A stretch of 64,000 nt of DNA from Alphaproteobacteria bacterium (GTDB lineage Bacteria > Pseudomonadota > Alphaproteobacteria > Bin95): NCBI GenBank assembly GCA_964291285.2, contig OZ219787.1, positions 480,001 to 544,000 on the forward strand, read 5' to 3'. Positions 44,721 through 54,261 of this stretch are shown piece after piece. Under the pieces are notes generated by a model, which saw nothing but the letters and a program-made list of their open reading frames with translations, had not been told where the DNA came from and made no database searches. A program made the position numbers and the translations under genes. Numbering within the stretch: the first letter of the stretch is position 1; each line of letters begins with the position of its first letter.

Positions 44721-45479
44721 ATGGCTACCGTCACCCGCTTCGCCCCGAGCCCGACGGGCCGGCTGCATCTGGGCCACGCCTATGCGGCGCTGTTTGCCGC
44801 CGACCGGGCGGCGCGCGCCGGCGGGCGCTTCCTCGTCCGGATCGAGGATATCGACCGGAGCCGCTGCCGCCCGGAATTCGAGGCGGGCATACTGGAGGAC
44901 CTCGCCTGGCTCGGCCTCGAATGGGAAGAGCCGGTGCGCCGGCAGTCCGACCACATGGCCGACTACGCCCGTGCCCTTGCATTCCTAGACAGGCGCGGGT
45001 TGATCTACCCCTGCTTCTGCACCCGCCGGGAGATCGAGGCGGCGGCGACCGCGCCCCACGGCCCCGAGGGTCCGCCCTATCCCGGCACCTGCCGGGCGCT
45101 GACCGAAGCCGAGCGCGAGGGGCGCATGGCGCGGGGCGACGCCTATGCGCTCCGGCTGACGGAGGGCGACACGGTGGTCGCCCGCAAGGACATCCGCACG
45201 AGCTACCATCTCGCCGTGGTCGTGGACGACGCGCTCCAGGGCGTGACGCTGGTGACACGCGGCGAGGACCTGGCCTTCGCGGTGCCGGTCCAGAACCGCC
45301 TGCAACGGCTGCTCGGCCTGCCCGTGCCTGCCTATGAGCACCACCCGGTCCTGACCGACGGCGAGGGCCGCCGCCTCGCCAAGCGCGACCGGGCGCTGAC
45401 CTTGCAGAGCCTGCGCGAGTCGGGCGTCTCCCCCGCCGAGGTGCGGGCGCGCATCGAGCGGATGGACGGGACCTTCTGA
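44721..45479 (+). CDS. gluQ: Glutamyl-Q tRNA(Asp) synthetase
   Basis: RFAPSPTGRLHLGH, RIEDID, CFCTR, YPGTC, YHLAVVVDD and LAKR; no anticodon-binding domain. Confidence 0.9.
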   Translation: MATVTRFAPSPTGRLHLGHAYAALFAADRAARAGGRFLVRIEDIDRSRCRPEFEAGILEDLAWLGLEWEEPVRRQSDHMADYARALAFLDRRGLIYPCFCTRREIEAAATAPHGPEGPPYPGTCRALTEAEREGRMARGDAYALRLTEGDTVVARKDIRTSYHLAVVVDDALQGVTLVTRGEDLAFAVPVQNRLQRLLGLPVPAYEHHPVLTDGEGRRLAKRDRALTLQSLRESGVSPAEVRARIERMDGTF

Positions 45480-45491
45480 GCGGTGTCCCGG

Positions 45492-46337
45492 CTACATCTT
45501 CGCCGCGAAGGCCTCGAAGGACCTGCCGCCTGCGCTCACGGCGTCGAAGAGCATCGAGAAGTGGTTGGCACCCGGCACGGTCACGCGCTCGACCGCGCAG
45601 CCGGCGGCCTCGGCGATGTCGGCATAGCCCGCGCTCTGCGCCCGCCAGCCGGCCGGCTCCCCGCCGCCGACGGACACGACCATCGGCACGGGCTTCGCCG
45701 GCGGATTGGCGAAGACGTCGTTGCGCGCCGCCATGGCCTCGTCGAGCCGTACCTCCTCGTTCACCGAGATGCGGCGCACGACCGGCGTTTCGTAGATGCC
45801 GCTCATGCAGTGTGCGCCGGCCATCAGCGCCGCCGAGGCCGGGTCCGCGAGCAGCATGGCGGTGAGGTGCGCGCCGGCCGAATGCCCGCCGACGAACAGT
45901 CGCGCCGGGTCGCAGCCCCACTCTTTGGCATGGACATGGACGAAGGCGAGGCAGGCGCGCATCTCGGCCACGATCTCGTCCAGGGTCACATCCGGGCAGA
46001 GCGCGTAATCGACATTGGCGACGGTCGCGCCGCGCTCGACGAAGCCGCCGACGGCGAAGCTGTGGTCCGCCTTCGAGAAGCGCCGCCAGTAGCCGCCATG
46101 GATGAACATGAACAGCGCGCCGTTCGCGCCCGAAGCCGGCCGGTGCAGGTCCAGCGCCTCGCGCGGGCCGGGGCCGTAGGCGATATCGTAGCTGCCGGGC
46201 CAGGCTTCGCGCGCCGCTTCGGCCGCCGCCAGATACTCGCCCAAGTGGGCTTCCACCGCCTCGTCGCCGACCGCAGCGCGCGGATTGAAATGCGCTTCCA
46301 GCACCGCATCGTCCGCCGAACGCCAGTCGAATGTCAC
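45492..46337 (-). CDS. Alpha/beta hydrolase, arylformamidase-like
   Basis: FIHGGYW, GHSAGAHL and ANHF. Confidence 0.85.
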   Translation of the reverse strand: MTFDWRSADDAVLEAHFNPRAAVGDEAVEAHLGEYLAAAEAAREAWPGSYDIAYGPGPREALDLHRPASGANGALFMFIHGGYWRRFSKADHSFAVGGFVERGATVANVDYALCPDVTLDEIVAEMRACLAFVHVHAKEWGCDPARLFVGGHSAGAHLTAMLLADPASAALMAGAHCMSGIYETPVVRRISVNEEVRLDEAMAARNDVFANPPAKPVPMVVSVGGGEPAGWRAQSAGYADIAEAAGCAVERVTVPGANHFSMLFDAVSAGGRSFEAFAAKM

Positions 46338-46418
46338 TTTGCCCCTCCCGTTCCGCGCCTGTTGGCTTTACCCTTCGCCATTGTACCATGACCGCTCCCG
46401 GATACAGGGAGGCCCGCC

Positions 46419-47459
46419 ATGCCGCTCACCTGCGCTCATCTCGTCGGCAGCCTGCCCTACTCCGATGCCGACACGGTCTTCACGGAAATCGGCAGCCGGC
46501 TCGGGCGCCATCTCAGGCGGATTCCGGACGGCGAGACCGGCGAGCGGGCGCGCTGGATCTTCTGGCAGCGGGCCAAAGTTGCGACGCATCCGGCGATGGA
46601 GGTCGCGGCCGACGAGGACAAGGCGCGCATCCACCAGTGGGACGGCAAGCTGATCCGCGAATGGGAACTGTTCCGTTTCCGCGCCGGCGTCGATCCCGCG
46701 GCGGTCGAATTCGACCCCGGCTATGCGCCCGAGGCCGTCCGCTCCTACGCCCGCTTCACCGCCATGCGCGAGGCCGGGACCCTGCCGGCCGGCGTCCGCT
46801 TCCAGGTCTGCCTGCCGACGCCGATGGCGGTCGGCTACTGGTTCGTTTCGCCCTCATGCCGTCCGGAGTTCTTCGCGGCCTATGAGCGCGCCTTCAAGAC
46901 CGACCTCGCGAAGATCTGCGCCGCGATCCCGCCGGACGACCTTGCGATCCAGTGGGACGTCTGCCAGGAGGTGCTCGCCTGGGAGGGGTATTTCCCGAAC
47001 CGGCCGGCGAGCTACAAGCAGGACATCACCGGCATGCTGGCGCGCCTCGGCAACGCCGTGCCCGAGCCGGCGGAGCTCGGCTACCACCTCTGCTACGGCA
47101 CGCCGAACGACGAGCATGTGGTGATGCCGACCGACCTCGCCAACACGGTGGAGATCACCCACGGCATCCTCGCCGGGCTGGAGCGCTCCCTGCAATTCGT
47201 CCATGTCCCCGCGCCGAAACACCGTGACGACGTGGCCCATTATGCGCCGCTTGCTGTCCTCACCCTGCCGGAGGGCTGCGAGCTCTATCTCGGTCTCATC
47301 CACCACGACGACCATGACGGCGACCGGCGCCGCATCGCCGCAGCGGCCCGAGCCGTGAGCACGTTCGGCATCGCCACCGAATGCGGCTGGGGCCGCAGCG
47401 ACCCCGCTCGCGCGCCCGGCCTGCTGGACAGTCACCGCATCGCGCTGGAAGCGGAGTGA
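46419..47459 (+). CDS. Cobalamin-independent methionine synthase II (MetE C-terminal)-like protein
   Basis: HLVGSLP, DGETGER, YHLCYG and IATECGWGR (HxC...C Zn ligands). Confidence 0.75.
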   Translation: MPLTCAHLVGSLPYSDADTVFTEIGSRLGRHLRRIPDGETGERARWIFWQRAKVATHPAMEVAADEDKARIHQWDGKLIREWELFRFRAGVDPAAVEFDPGYAPEAVRSYARFTAMREAGTLPAGVRFQVCLPTPMAVGYWFVSPSCRPEFFAAYERAFKTDLAKICAAIPPDDLAIQWDVCQEVLAWEGYFPNRPASYKQDITGMLARLGNAVPEPAELGYHLCYGTPNDEHVVMPTDLANTVEITHGILAGLERSLQFVHVPAPKHRDDVAHYAPLAVLTLPEGCELYLGLIHHDDHDGDRRRIAAAARAVSTFGIATECGWGRSDPARAPGLLDSHRIALEAE

Positions 47460-47506
47460 AGCCGGTCGGAAACGAGGCTCGCAGCGCCTATCCGGACGGG
47501 AAGTTG

Positions 47507-48340
47507 CTATGAACCGTCGTTGCCGCTTCCCCGCCCGATTTCCTCCTTGAGCGCGCGGATTTCGCTGCGCAGGCCCTCCAGCTCGGTTGCGAGGAAGGAG
47601 GCTTCGGCTTCCGTCACCTGGCGGAGTGCCGCTGTCGTCTCCTCCCGGTCGGCCGTGTGCAGGGTCTGCATGGCATCGACGATGACGGCGATGAAGAGGT
47701 TCAGGACCGCGAAGCTGGTCAGCAGGATGAAGGGCACGAAGAAGGCCCAGGCCCAGTCGAAGGTCTCCATCACCGGGCGCACGATGCCCATCGACCAACT
47801 CTCCAGGGTCATGATCTGGAAGAGCGAATACATGGACGCGCCGACGCTGCCGAACCATTCCGGGAATGCCTCCCCGAACATGCGCGTCGCCATCACCGCG
47901 CCGACATAGAAGACGAGCAGCAGCAGGCTGGAGATCGAGCCGAGGCCCGGTATGGCGTGCAGCAGCGCCTCCACCACCTTGCGCATCTGCGGCACGACGG
48001 ACACCAGCCGCAGCACCCGCAGGATGCGCAGCGCCCGGAGCACCGAGAGATTGCCGGTCGCCGGGAGGAGCGTGACGGCGATGACGGCGAAGTCGAACAG
48101 GTTCCAGCCGCGCTTGAAGAAGGCCGGCCCCTGGGCCACCAGCCGGGCGGCGATCTCGACGACGAAGACCGCGACGATGGCCTGGTCGAGCCAGCCGAGC
48201 CAGGGCGAGAGCGCCTCGTTTATCGTCGCCGATGTCTCGAGGCCGAGCGTCACCGCGTTCACGACGATCAGCACCGTGACCAGGCGTTCCGTCTTCGGCG
48301 AGCACACCAGACCGTTCAACCGCTCGCGCCAGGCCGCCAT
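47507..48340 (-). CDS. Bacterial voltage-gated sodium channel (NaChBac/BacNav family)
   Basis: S4 LRALRILRVLRL, WNLFDF, selectivity filter TLESWSM and C-terminal coiled coil. Confidence 0.93.
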   Translation of the reverse strand: MAAWRERLNGLVCSPKTERLVTVLIVVNAVTLGLETSATINEALSPWLGWLDQAIVAVFVVEIAARLVAQGPAFFKRGWNLFDFAVIAVTLLPATGNLSVLRALRILRVLRLVSVVPQMRKVVEALLHAIPGLGSISSLLLLVFYVGAVMATRMFGEAFPEWFGSVGASMYSLFQIMTLESWSMGIVRPVMETFDWAWAFFVPFILLTSFAVLNLFIAVIVDAMQTLHTADREETTAALRQVTEAEASFLATELEGLRSEIRALKEEIGRGSGNDGS

Positions 48341-48438
48341 TTCCGCCTCCCTCACCTGAATGGCGGCCAGATAGTCAAGGCCCGCAGTCGGGCGCAAGCG
48401 GTTGCGGCGGCGGCTCCTTGCGGCTATCCGGCGCGCTC

Positions 48439-49614
48439 ATGGCCGCCGTCCTGCCCGCCCTGGTCGCAACGCTCGCGATGCAGGCCATCGTCGTCATCGC
48501 CTCGCTCATCGTGCCGATCACGGTGCAGGAGAGCGCGGGCGCGGTCGGCATCGATCCGGTTATGGTCGGCTACTACACGATGGTGATGTGGCTCGGCGGC
48601 ATGGCCTCCACACTGTTCTCGGGAGGGCTGATCCGCCGCTTCGGCGCGCTGCGCGTTTGCCAGGCGAGCCTGGCATTTGCCGCGGCCGGCGCGCTGCTCA
48701 CCAGCGTGCCCAGCATCCCGGCCTTCGCAGTTGCCGGCTTCCTGATCGGCATGGCCTACGGGCCGGCCAACCCCGCCGGCTCGCACCTGCTTGCGCGGCT
48801 ATCTCCGCCCCATCTGCGCGGGCGGGTCTTTTCCGTCAAGCAAACCAGCGTGCCGGTGGGCAGCACGATCGCCGGGTTGCTGGTGTCCACCGTCGCGCTT
48901 GCCTGGGGCTGGCAGGCTGCCGGCCCCGCAGTCGCGCTGCTCTGCGTGGCGGCAATGGCCGCTGTCCAGCCCTGGCGTACGCGCCTCGACGGCGACCGGG
49001 ACCCGTCGGCGCCTGCGCTCGCGGCCCGTCCCCTGGCGGCCATCCGGCAGGTCTGGGCGCTGCCCGCGCTGCGCCGCACGATACTGGCTTCAGCAGTCTT
49101 CTCGATGGGGCAATTCTGCTTCACGGCTTTCTTCGTCGCCTTTGCGATGCGGCGCGCCGGATTCGATCTCGCCGAGGCGGGCTCGCTGTTCTCCGTCGGC
49201 TTCGTCGCCGGCATTGCGGCCCGTGTGGGCTGGGGATGGGTGGCCGACGCCACTTCCGGCCGCGCCGCGCTCGCTGCGCTCGGCGTCGCGATGGCCGCCA
49301 CGGCGCTGGCCGCAACCGCGCTCGGCCCCGACTGGCCCTGGCTCGCCGTCGCCGCGCTGTCGGCGGCATTCGGCGCAACGGCCGTCGGCTGGAACGGTGT
49401 CTATCTGGCGGAGGTCGCGCGGCTTGCTCCCGGCGGCGATGTCGGGGCGGCCACAGGCGGGGCGATGTTCTTCACGCTCGCCGGCTCCGCCTTCGGCCCG
49501 GCGCTGTTCGGGGCCGTCGCAGGGTCCCTTGGCTACGACGCCGCATTCGTGCTGATGGCGGCTGTGACAGGTGCGGCAGGGCTATGGGTGGCACTCGGAA
49601 AGGACTCCGTGTGA
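48439..49614 (+). CDS. MFS transporter
   Basis: About 12 hydrophobic helices, RGRVFSVKQT.VP.G and GWNGVYLAEVAR. Start approximate. Confidence 0.85.
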   Translation: MAAVLPALVATLAMQAIVVIASLIVPITVQESAGAVGIDPVMVGYYTMVMWLGGMASTLFSGGLIRRFGALRVCQASLAFAAAGALLTSVPSIPAFAVAGFLIGMAYGPANPAGSHLLARLSPPHLRGRVFSVKQTSVPVGSTIAGLLVSTVALAWGWQAAGPAVALLCVAAMAAVQPWRTRLDGDRDPSAPALAARPLAAIRQVWALPALRRTILASAVFSMGQFCFTAFFVAFAMRRAGFDLAEAGSLFSVGFVAGIAARVGWGWVADATSGRAALAALGVAMAATALAATALGPDWPWLAVAALSAAFGATAVGWNGVYLAEVARLAPGGDVGAATGGAMFFTLAGSAFGPALFGAVAGSLGYDAAFVLMAAVTGAAGLWVALGKDSV

Positions 49615-49704
49615 TTCTCCTTGCGCACGCGGTGAACCGGCGTATTTTGTCGCGCCTCGCCGCGCGCCGCGCTGCGATCCACCTCAAGCTTCGGGGGTAC
49701 GCCT

Positions 49705-50148
49705 TTGGCCCAGACGTCTGCCGCCATTCCGGACGAGGCGGTGACCGCCCGCCTGTTTCCGCGCGAACAGCCCGCGGTCAAGGACTACTATGTCGAGCGG
49801 GACGGCCTGCGCTACGCCGGCACGCATCTGCTGGTGGACCTGTGGGGCGCGCGCGACCTCGACGACCCGGCCGCCATCGAACGCGCATTGCGCGCCTGCG
49901 CCGAAGCCTCGGGCGCGACGGTGCTCGGTTGCGACCTGCACCGCTTCCAGCCGAACGGCGTCTCCGGCGTGCTGCTGCTCGCCGAATCCCATATCTCGAT
50001 CCACACATGGCCCGAGCGCGGGTTCGCGGCGCTCGACCTGTTCATGTGCGGCGAGTGCGACCCCTATGCCGGCATCGAGGTGCTGAAGCGGGCCTTCGAG
50101 CCGGAGCAGATAACCCTGACGGAACACAAGCGGGGCATGATTCCGTGA
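49705..50148 (+). CDS. speD: S-adenosylmethionine decarboxylase proenzyme
   Basis: GTHLLVDL, GVSGVLLLAESHISIHTWPE (E-S cleavage site) and DLFMCG. Confidence 0.93.
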   Translation: MAQTSAAIPDEAVTARLFPREQPAVKDYYVERDGLRYAGTHLLVDLWGARDLDDPAAIERALRACAEASGATVLGCDLHRFQPNGVSGVLLLAESHISIHTWPERGFAALDLFMCGECDPYAGIEVLKRAFEPEQITLTEHKRGMIP

Positions 50149-50996
50149 CCGCAGGGGGCTGGTTCGAGGAAGCCATCCACGCCCACGCGACCCAGAAGCT
50201 CGAAATCACGCAGGTCCTCTACAGTTCCGATACGGACCTGCAGAAGATCGTCATCTTCGAGAACCCGACGTTCGGGCGGGTGATGACGCTCGACGACGTG
50301 GTGCAGGTCACCGAGGGCGACGAGTTCATCTATCACGAGATGATGGCGCATGTGCCGATCCTCGCGCACGGCTCGGTCCGTGATGTGCTGGTCGTCGGCG
50401 GCGGCGACGGCGGGCTCCTGGAGGAGGTGCTGAAACACCCGGTCAAGCGCGCCACCATGGTGGAGATCGACCGGAGTGTGGTGGACCTCGCCCGGCAGTA
50501 TCTGCCGTCAATCTGCAAGGGCGCGTTCGACGACCCGCGCGCGGAACTCGTCATCGCCGACGGCGCGCGTTTCGTCACCGAGACGGACAGCCGCTACGAC
50601 GTGATCCTGATCGATTCGACCGACCCCATCGGTCCCGGCGAGATCCTGTTCCAGCGCGAGTTCTATGCCGGCTGCAAGCGTTGCCTGAAGCCGGGCGGCA
50701 TACTGGTGACGCAGAACGGCGTGGCCTTCGTGCAGGGCGAGGAGCTGACCTCCTCCTGGCGTCATTTCAACGCGCTGTTCGCCGACCCCGCCGCTTATGC
50801 CGTCGCGGTGCCGACCTACATCTGGGGCTTCATGGCGCTCGGCTGGGCCAGCGACGACCCGGACCATCGCCGGAGGCCGCTGGAGGCGATCCGGGAGCGT
50901 TATGCTGCGGCCGGCCTGGACACGCGCTATTACAATCCGGAAATCCATCTCGGCGCCTTTGCGCTGCCGACCTACATGAAGGAGTTGATGCAGTGA
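50145..50996 (+). CDS. speE: Spermidine synthase
   Basis: DEFIYHEMMAH, VVGGGDGG, VEID and DSTDPIGPG; GTG overlaps the speD stop. Confidence 0.95.
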   Translation: MTAGGWFEEAIHAHATQKLEITQVLYSSDTDLQKIVIFENPTFGRVMTLDDVVQVTEGDEFIYHEMMAHVPILAHGSVRDVLVVGGGDGGLLEEVLKHPVKRATMVEIDRSVVDLARQYLPSICKGAFDDPRAELVIADGARFVTETDSRYDVILIDSTDPIGPGEILFQREFYAGCKRCLKPGGILVTQNGVAFVQGEELTSSWRHFNALFADPAAYAVAVPTYIWGFMALGWASDDPDHRRRPLEAIRERYAAAGLDTRYYNPEIHLGAFALPTYMKELMQ

Positions 50997-51868
50997 CCGC
51001 CGATGCCGGGACAATGCCGATGGAAGTCGTCCCGACGGGCTTTGCGCTCGGCGCTGAGATACGCGGCATCGATGTCCGCAAGCCGGTACCGCCGGAGGCG
51101 GGCGAAGCGCTGCGCGAGGCCTGGAAACAGCATCTCGTGCTGCTGTTCCGCGGCCAGACGGGTCTGAGCGACGAGGAGCTGATCGCCTTCACCCGCGTCT
51201 TCGGGCCGCTGCAGGAGGCGCCCAACAGCGAGGTGACGGCCGGTTTCGGCTCGTTCAGCGACGTGCCCCCGGAAGTGACGATCATCTCCAATATCGAGGT
51301 GGACGGCCGTCAGATCGGCGCGCTCGGTGCGGGCGAAGCGGACTGGCACACCGACATGTCGTTCATCGAAGAGCCGCCCGCCGGCTCCTGCCTCTACGCC
51401 ATCGAGATACCGCCCGCAGGGGGCAACACCTGCTTCACCAACATGCACCGCGCACTGGACAGCGAAACGGCGAACGCGGTGAAAGACGCCCGGTGCGTCC
51501 ACGACGAGTCGCTGACCTCGACCGGCGCGCAACGACAGGGCGTGCCTGCGGTCACCGATGTACGCGCGACGCCGGGAGCGCGCCATCCCGTACTGCGAAC
51601 CCACCCCGACACAGGACGCAAGGCGCTCTTTCTCGGACGGCGGCGCAATGCCTGGCTCGTCGGCTTCGAGGTCGGGGAAAGCGAACGCCTGCTCGACCGC
51701 CTCTGGTCCCATGCAGCGGATGAAGCCCACGTCTGGGAGCACCGCTGGCGCGCGGGCGATATCGTGCTTTGGGACAACCGCGCCGTCATGCACCGGCGAG
51801 ACCCCTTCGACCCGGCGACTCGCCGCCTGATGCACCGAACACAGGTCAAGGGCGGCAGGCCTTACTGA
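50993..51868 (+). CDS. TauD/TfdA family dioxygenase
   Basis: LGAEIRGID, WHTD, HPVLRTHP.TGRKAL and WDNRAVMHRR. Confidence 0.9.
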   Translation: MTADAGTMPMEVVPTGFALGAEIRGIDVRKPVPPEAGEALREAWKQHLVLLFRGQTGLSDEELIAFTRVFGPLQEAPNSEVTAGFGSFSDVPPEVTIISNIEVDGRQIGALGAGEADWHTDMSFIEEPPAGSCLYAIEIPPAGGNTCFTNMHRALDSETANAVKDARCVHDESLTSTGAQRQGVPAVTDVRATPGARHPVLRTHPDTGRKALFLGRRRNAWLVGFEVGESERLLDRLWSHAADEAHVWEHRWRAGDIVLWDNRAVMHRRDPFDPATRRLMHRTQVKGGRPY

Positions 51869-51980
51869 CCGGGTTCACGCCCGTCAAAGCCGGGGCTGAA
51901 GCGGCCATAGCGACACCGGTCCGGGAAACCGGCGCAACTCGTCTTGCGCATGGGCGGCGGCGGGCCTAAGAGGGGCCGCC

Positions 51981-52898
51981 ATGCAGATATATCTGCCGGT
52001 TGCCGAACTTTCGGTCGATGTCTTTCTGTTGCTGGGGATGGGCGCCGGAGTCGGCGTGTTGTCCGGCCTGTTCGGGGTCGGCGGCGGTTTCCTGATGACG
52101 CCGCTCCTGATCTTCATCGGCATTCCGCCGCCGGTCGCGGTGGCGAGCGAGGCGAACCAGCTCGTCGCCACCTCGGTTTCCGGCGTGCTGGCCCATTGGC
52201 GGCGCGGCGCGGTCGATTTCAAGATGGGCCTCGTTCTGCTGTCGGGCGGCGTGCTGGGCTCGGCGCTTGGCGTCTGGCTGTTCAAGCTGCTGCGCGGCAT
52301 CGGCCAGATCGATCTGGCGATCTCGCTCTGCTACGTGGTGTTCCTCGGCATCGTCGGCGCACTGATGATGGCGGAGAGCCTGCGCGCGCTGCTGCGCAAG
52401 CAGAGGGGCGTGGCGCGGCGCGGCAAGCTGCACCGCCACACCTGGATCCACGGCCTGCCGCTCAAGATGCGGTTCCAGAAGTCGCGCCTCTATATCAGTG
52501 CCGTGATGCCGTTCCTGATCGGGCTGCTGGTCGGCCTGCTGGCGGCGATCATGGGCGTGGGCGGCGGCTTCATCATGGTGCCGGCGATGATCTACCTGCT
52601 CGGCATGCCGACCGCCATGGTGGCCGGCACCTCGCTGTTCCAGATCCTGTTTGTTGTCTCGACCGTCACCCTGCTCCAGTCGGCCGCCAACCAGACTGTG
52701 GATGTGATCCTGGCGCTGCTGCTGCTGGCGGGCTCGGTGGTGGGCGTCCAGGTGGGCACCCGTCTCGGTGCAAGGCTGCCGAGCGAGCAGTTCCGCGTGC
52801 TCCTGGCTGCGCTCGTGCTGGCTGTCTGCCTCAAGCTGCTTTTCGACCTTGTGACCGCGCCGGACGACCTGTTCTCGCTTCAGCCGGGCCTGCTCTGA
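51981..52898 (+). CDS. TauE/SafE (TSUP) family membrane protein
   Basis: MQIYLPVAE and duplicated GVGGGF motifs. Confidence 0.9.
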   Translation: MQIYLPVAELSVDVFLLLGMGAGVGVLSGLFGVGGGFLMTPLLIFIGIPPPVAVASEANQLVATSVSGVLAHWRRGAVDFKMGLVLLSGGVLGSALGVWLFKLLRGIGQIDLAISLCYVVFLGIVGALMMAESLRALLRKQRGVARRGKLHRHTWIHGLPLKMRFQKSRLYISAVMPFLIGLLVGLLAAIMGVGGGFIMVPAMIYLLGMPTAMVAGTSLFQILFVVSTVTLLQSAANQTVDVILALLLLAGSVVGVQVGTRLGARLPSEQFRVLLAALVLAVCLKLLFDLVTAPDDLFSLQPGLL

Positions 52899-53644
52899 TG
52901 CGCTTGCTGGCTACGATGGTCCTTCTCGCTGCAGCGGTGCCCGCATCGGCAGCTCAGTTCGTGGTCGATGTTTCCGAACGGACCGTTGCCATCACGGCCG
53001 GATTCACCGGGGCCGAGCTCGTTGTTTTCGGGACCGCGGCGGAAGCGCAGGGATCGGTCGGGGAAGAACGCGGCGTCATCGTGGTGATTCGAGGGCCCGA
53101 ACAGCCGACGGTGGTCCGCCGCAAGGAGCGCCATTTCGGGGTCTGGGCCAATCACGCCGGGGTGGCCTTTCCGGAAGCGCCGGCTTTCGTCTGGGTCGCT
53201 GCGAGCGAAGCCTTCGCCGACCGGCCGCTCACCGAGGTTCTGGCGAGCTACAGGATCGGACAGGACTTCCTCGCCCCCTCGCCCGCGGGCGAGGACATTG
53301 AGGCGCTGGAAGTGTTCCAGGCCGCTCTCCTGCGGCGCAAACAGGTGAACGGCCTCTACTCGGCCAAGTTCGGGCGCGTCGAATTCCTGGGGGAACATCT
53401 GTTCCGCACACGCGTCGCCTTTCCCGCCAATGTTCCCGTCGGCAGCTACCGGATCGAGGTGTTCGAGCTGCGCGGCCCCAATGTGGTGAATGTCACGGCA
53501 AGCGCGCTCCATGTCCGGAAAGCCGGCCTCGAAGCGGCCGTGTTCCGCTTCGCGCACGATTTCCCCATCCTGCACGGTCTCGTTGCCATCCTTCTGGCCT
53601 TGATGGCAGGATGGCTCGCAGGCGCCGTCGCGCGGAGAACCTGA
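52898..53644 (+). CDS. TIGR02186-like conserved membrane protein
   Basis: ITAGFTGAELVVFG, VRRKER..G.W.N, LFRT...FPANVP.G.Y and C-terminal TM; usual partner of the TSUP gene. Confidence 0.85.
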   Translation: MRLLATMVLLAAAVPASAAQFVVDVSERTVAITAGFTGAELVVFGTAAEAQGSVGEERGVIVVIRGPEQPTVVRRKERHFGVWANHAGVAFPEAPAFVWVAASEAFADRPLTEVLASYRIGQDFLAPSPAGEDIEALEVFQAALLRRKQVNGLYSAKFGRVEFLGEHLFRTRVAFPANVPVGSYRIEVFELRGPNVVNVTASALHVRKAGLEAAVFRFAHDFPILHGLVAILLALMAGWLAGAVARRT

Positions 53645-53648
53645 CTCC

Positions 53649-54134
53649 TTGACCGAGCTTCCTTCCCCCTCGACGCGGACTTTGCTCTGCGTCGTCGACG
53701 AGAGCGACGAACTGCCGGTGGCGCTGACCTTCGCCGCGCTCAGGTCCCGGCGCACGGGCAGCCATGTCGGCCTGCTGTACGTCATCGACACGCCGGCGGA
53801 TTTCCAGCACTGGTCGGCCGTCGGCGACCTCATGCGGGAGGAAGCGCGCGAGCATGCCGAGACGGTCATCCTGCAGGCGGCGGCGCGGGTCCAGCGCCTG
53901 TCGGGCCGGGTACCCTCGCTGGCGATCCGCGAAGGCGACAAGGTGGACGAGACGATACAGGCCTGCGAGGAGGACCCGTCGGTCGCCTTCCTGATCCTGG
54001 CGTCCGACACGGGCCCCAAGGGACCGGGTCCCCTGATATCCTCGCTCACGGGCAAATCGGTCGGCCGGCTTCAGGTGCCAGTGGTCATCCTGCCGGGCAA
54101 CCTCTCCGAAGACGAAATAACCCGTTTCGCCTGA
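53649..54134 (+). CDS. Universal stress protein
   Basis: LCVVDES.E, GPGPLIS and VPVVILPG. Confidence 0.85.
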   Translation: MTELPSPSTRTLLCVVDESDELPVALTFAALRSRRTGSHVGLLYVIDTPADFQHWSAVGDLMREEAREHAETVILQAAARVQRLSGRVPSLAIREGDKVDETIQACEEDPSVAFLILASDTGPKGPGPLISSLTGKSVGRLQVPVVILPGNLSEDEITRFA

Positions 54135-54261
54135 CGGAGCCGGGAGCGCGCCGCGCCATCCTTGACAACCCGTCGCGACAATAGTTTGTATCGTTCCCGG
54201 GGGCGGATCGATATTGTCGCTCAGGGCGTTTAACGGAACAGGCTGAAATCGGGGCAATCGC

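Noticed and set aside
44721-45479. Truncated gltX pseudogene
   Set aside because: Absence of the anticodon domain and the motif pattern are normal for GluQ-RS.
49615-49704. Riboswitch upstream of speD
   Set aside because: Short region with only weak hairpins and no recognisable SAM-riboswitch consensus; an Rfam scan would be needed.
48402-50996. Apparent 864-aa fusion ending in SpeE (similarly 51944-53644, 11918-13117, 41430-42515)
   Set aside because: The N-terminal extensions overlap other real genes in another frame; true starts are internal.
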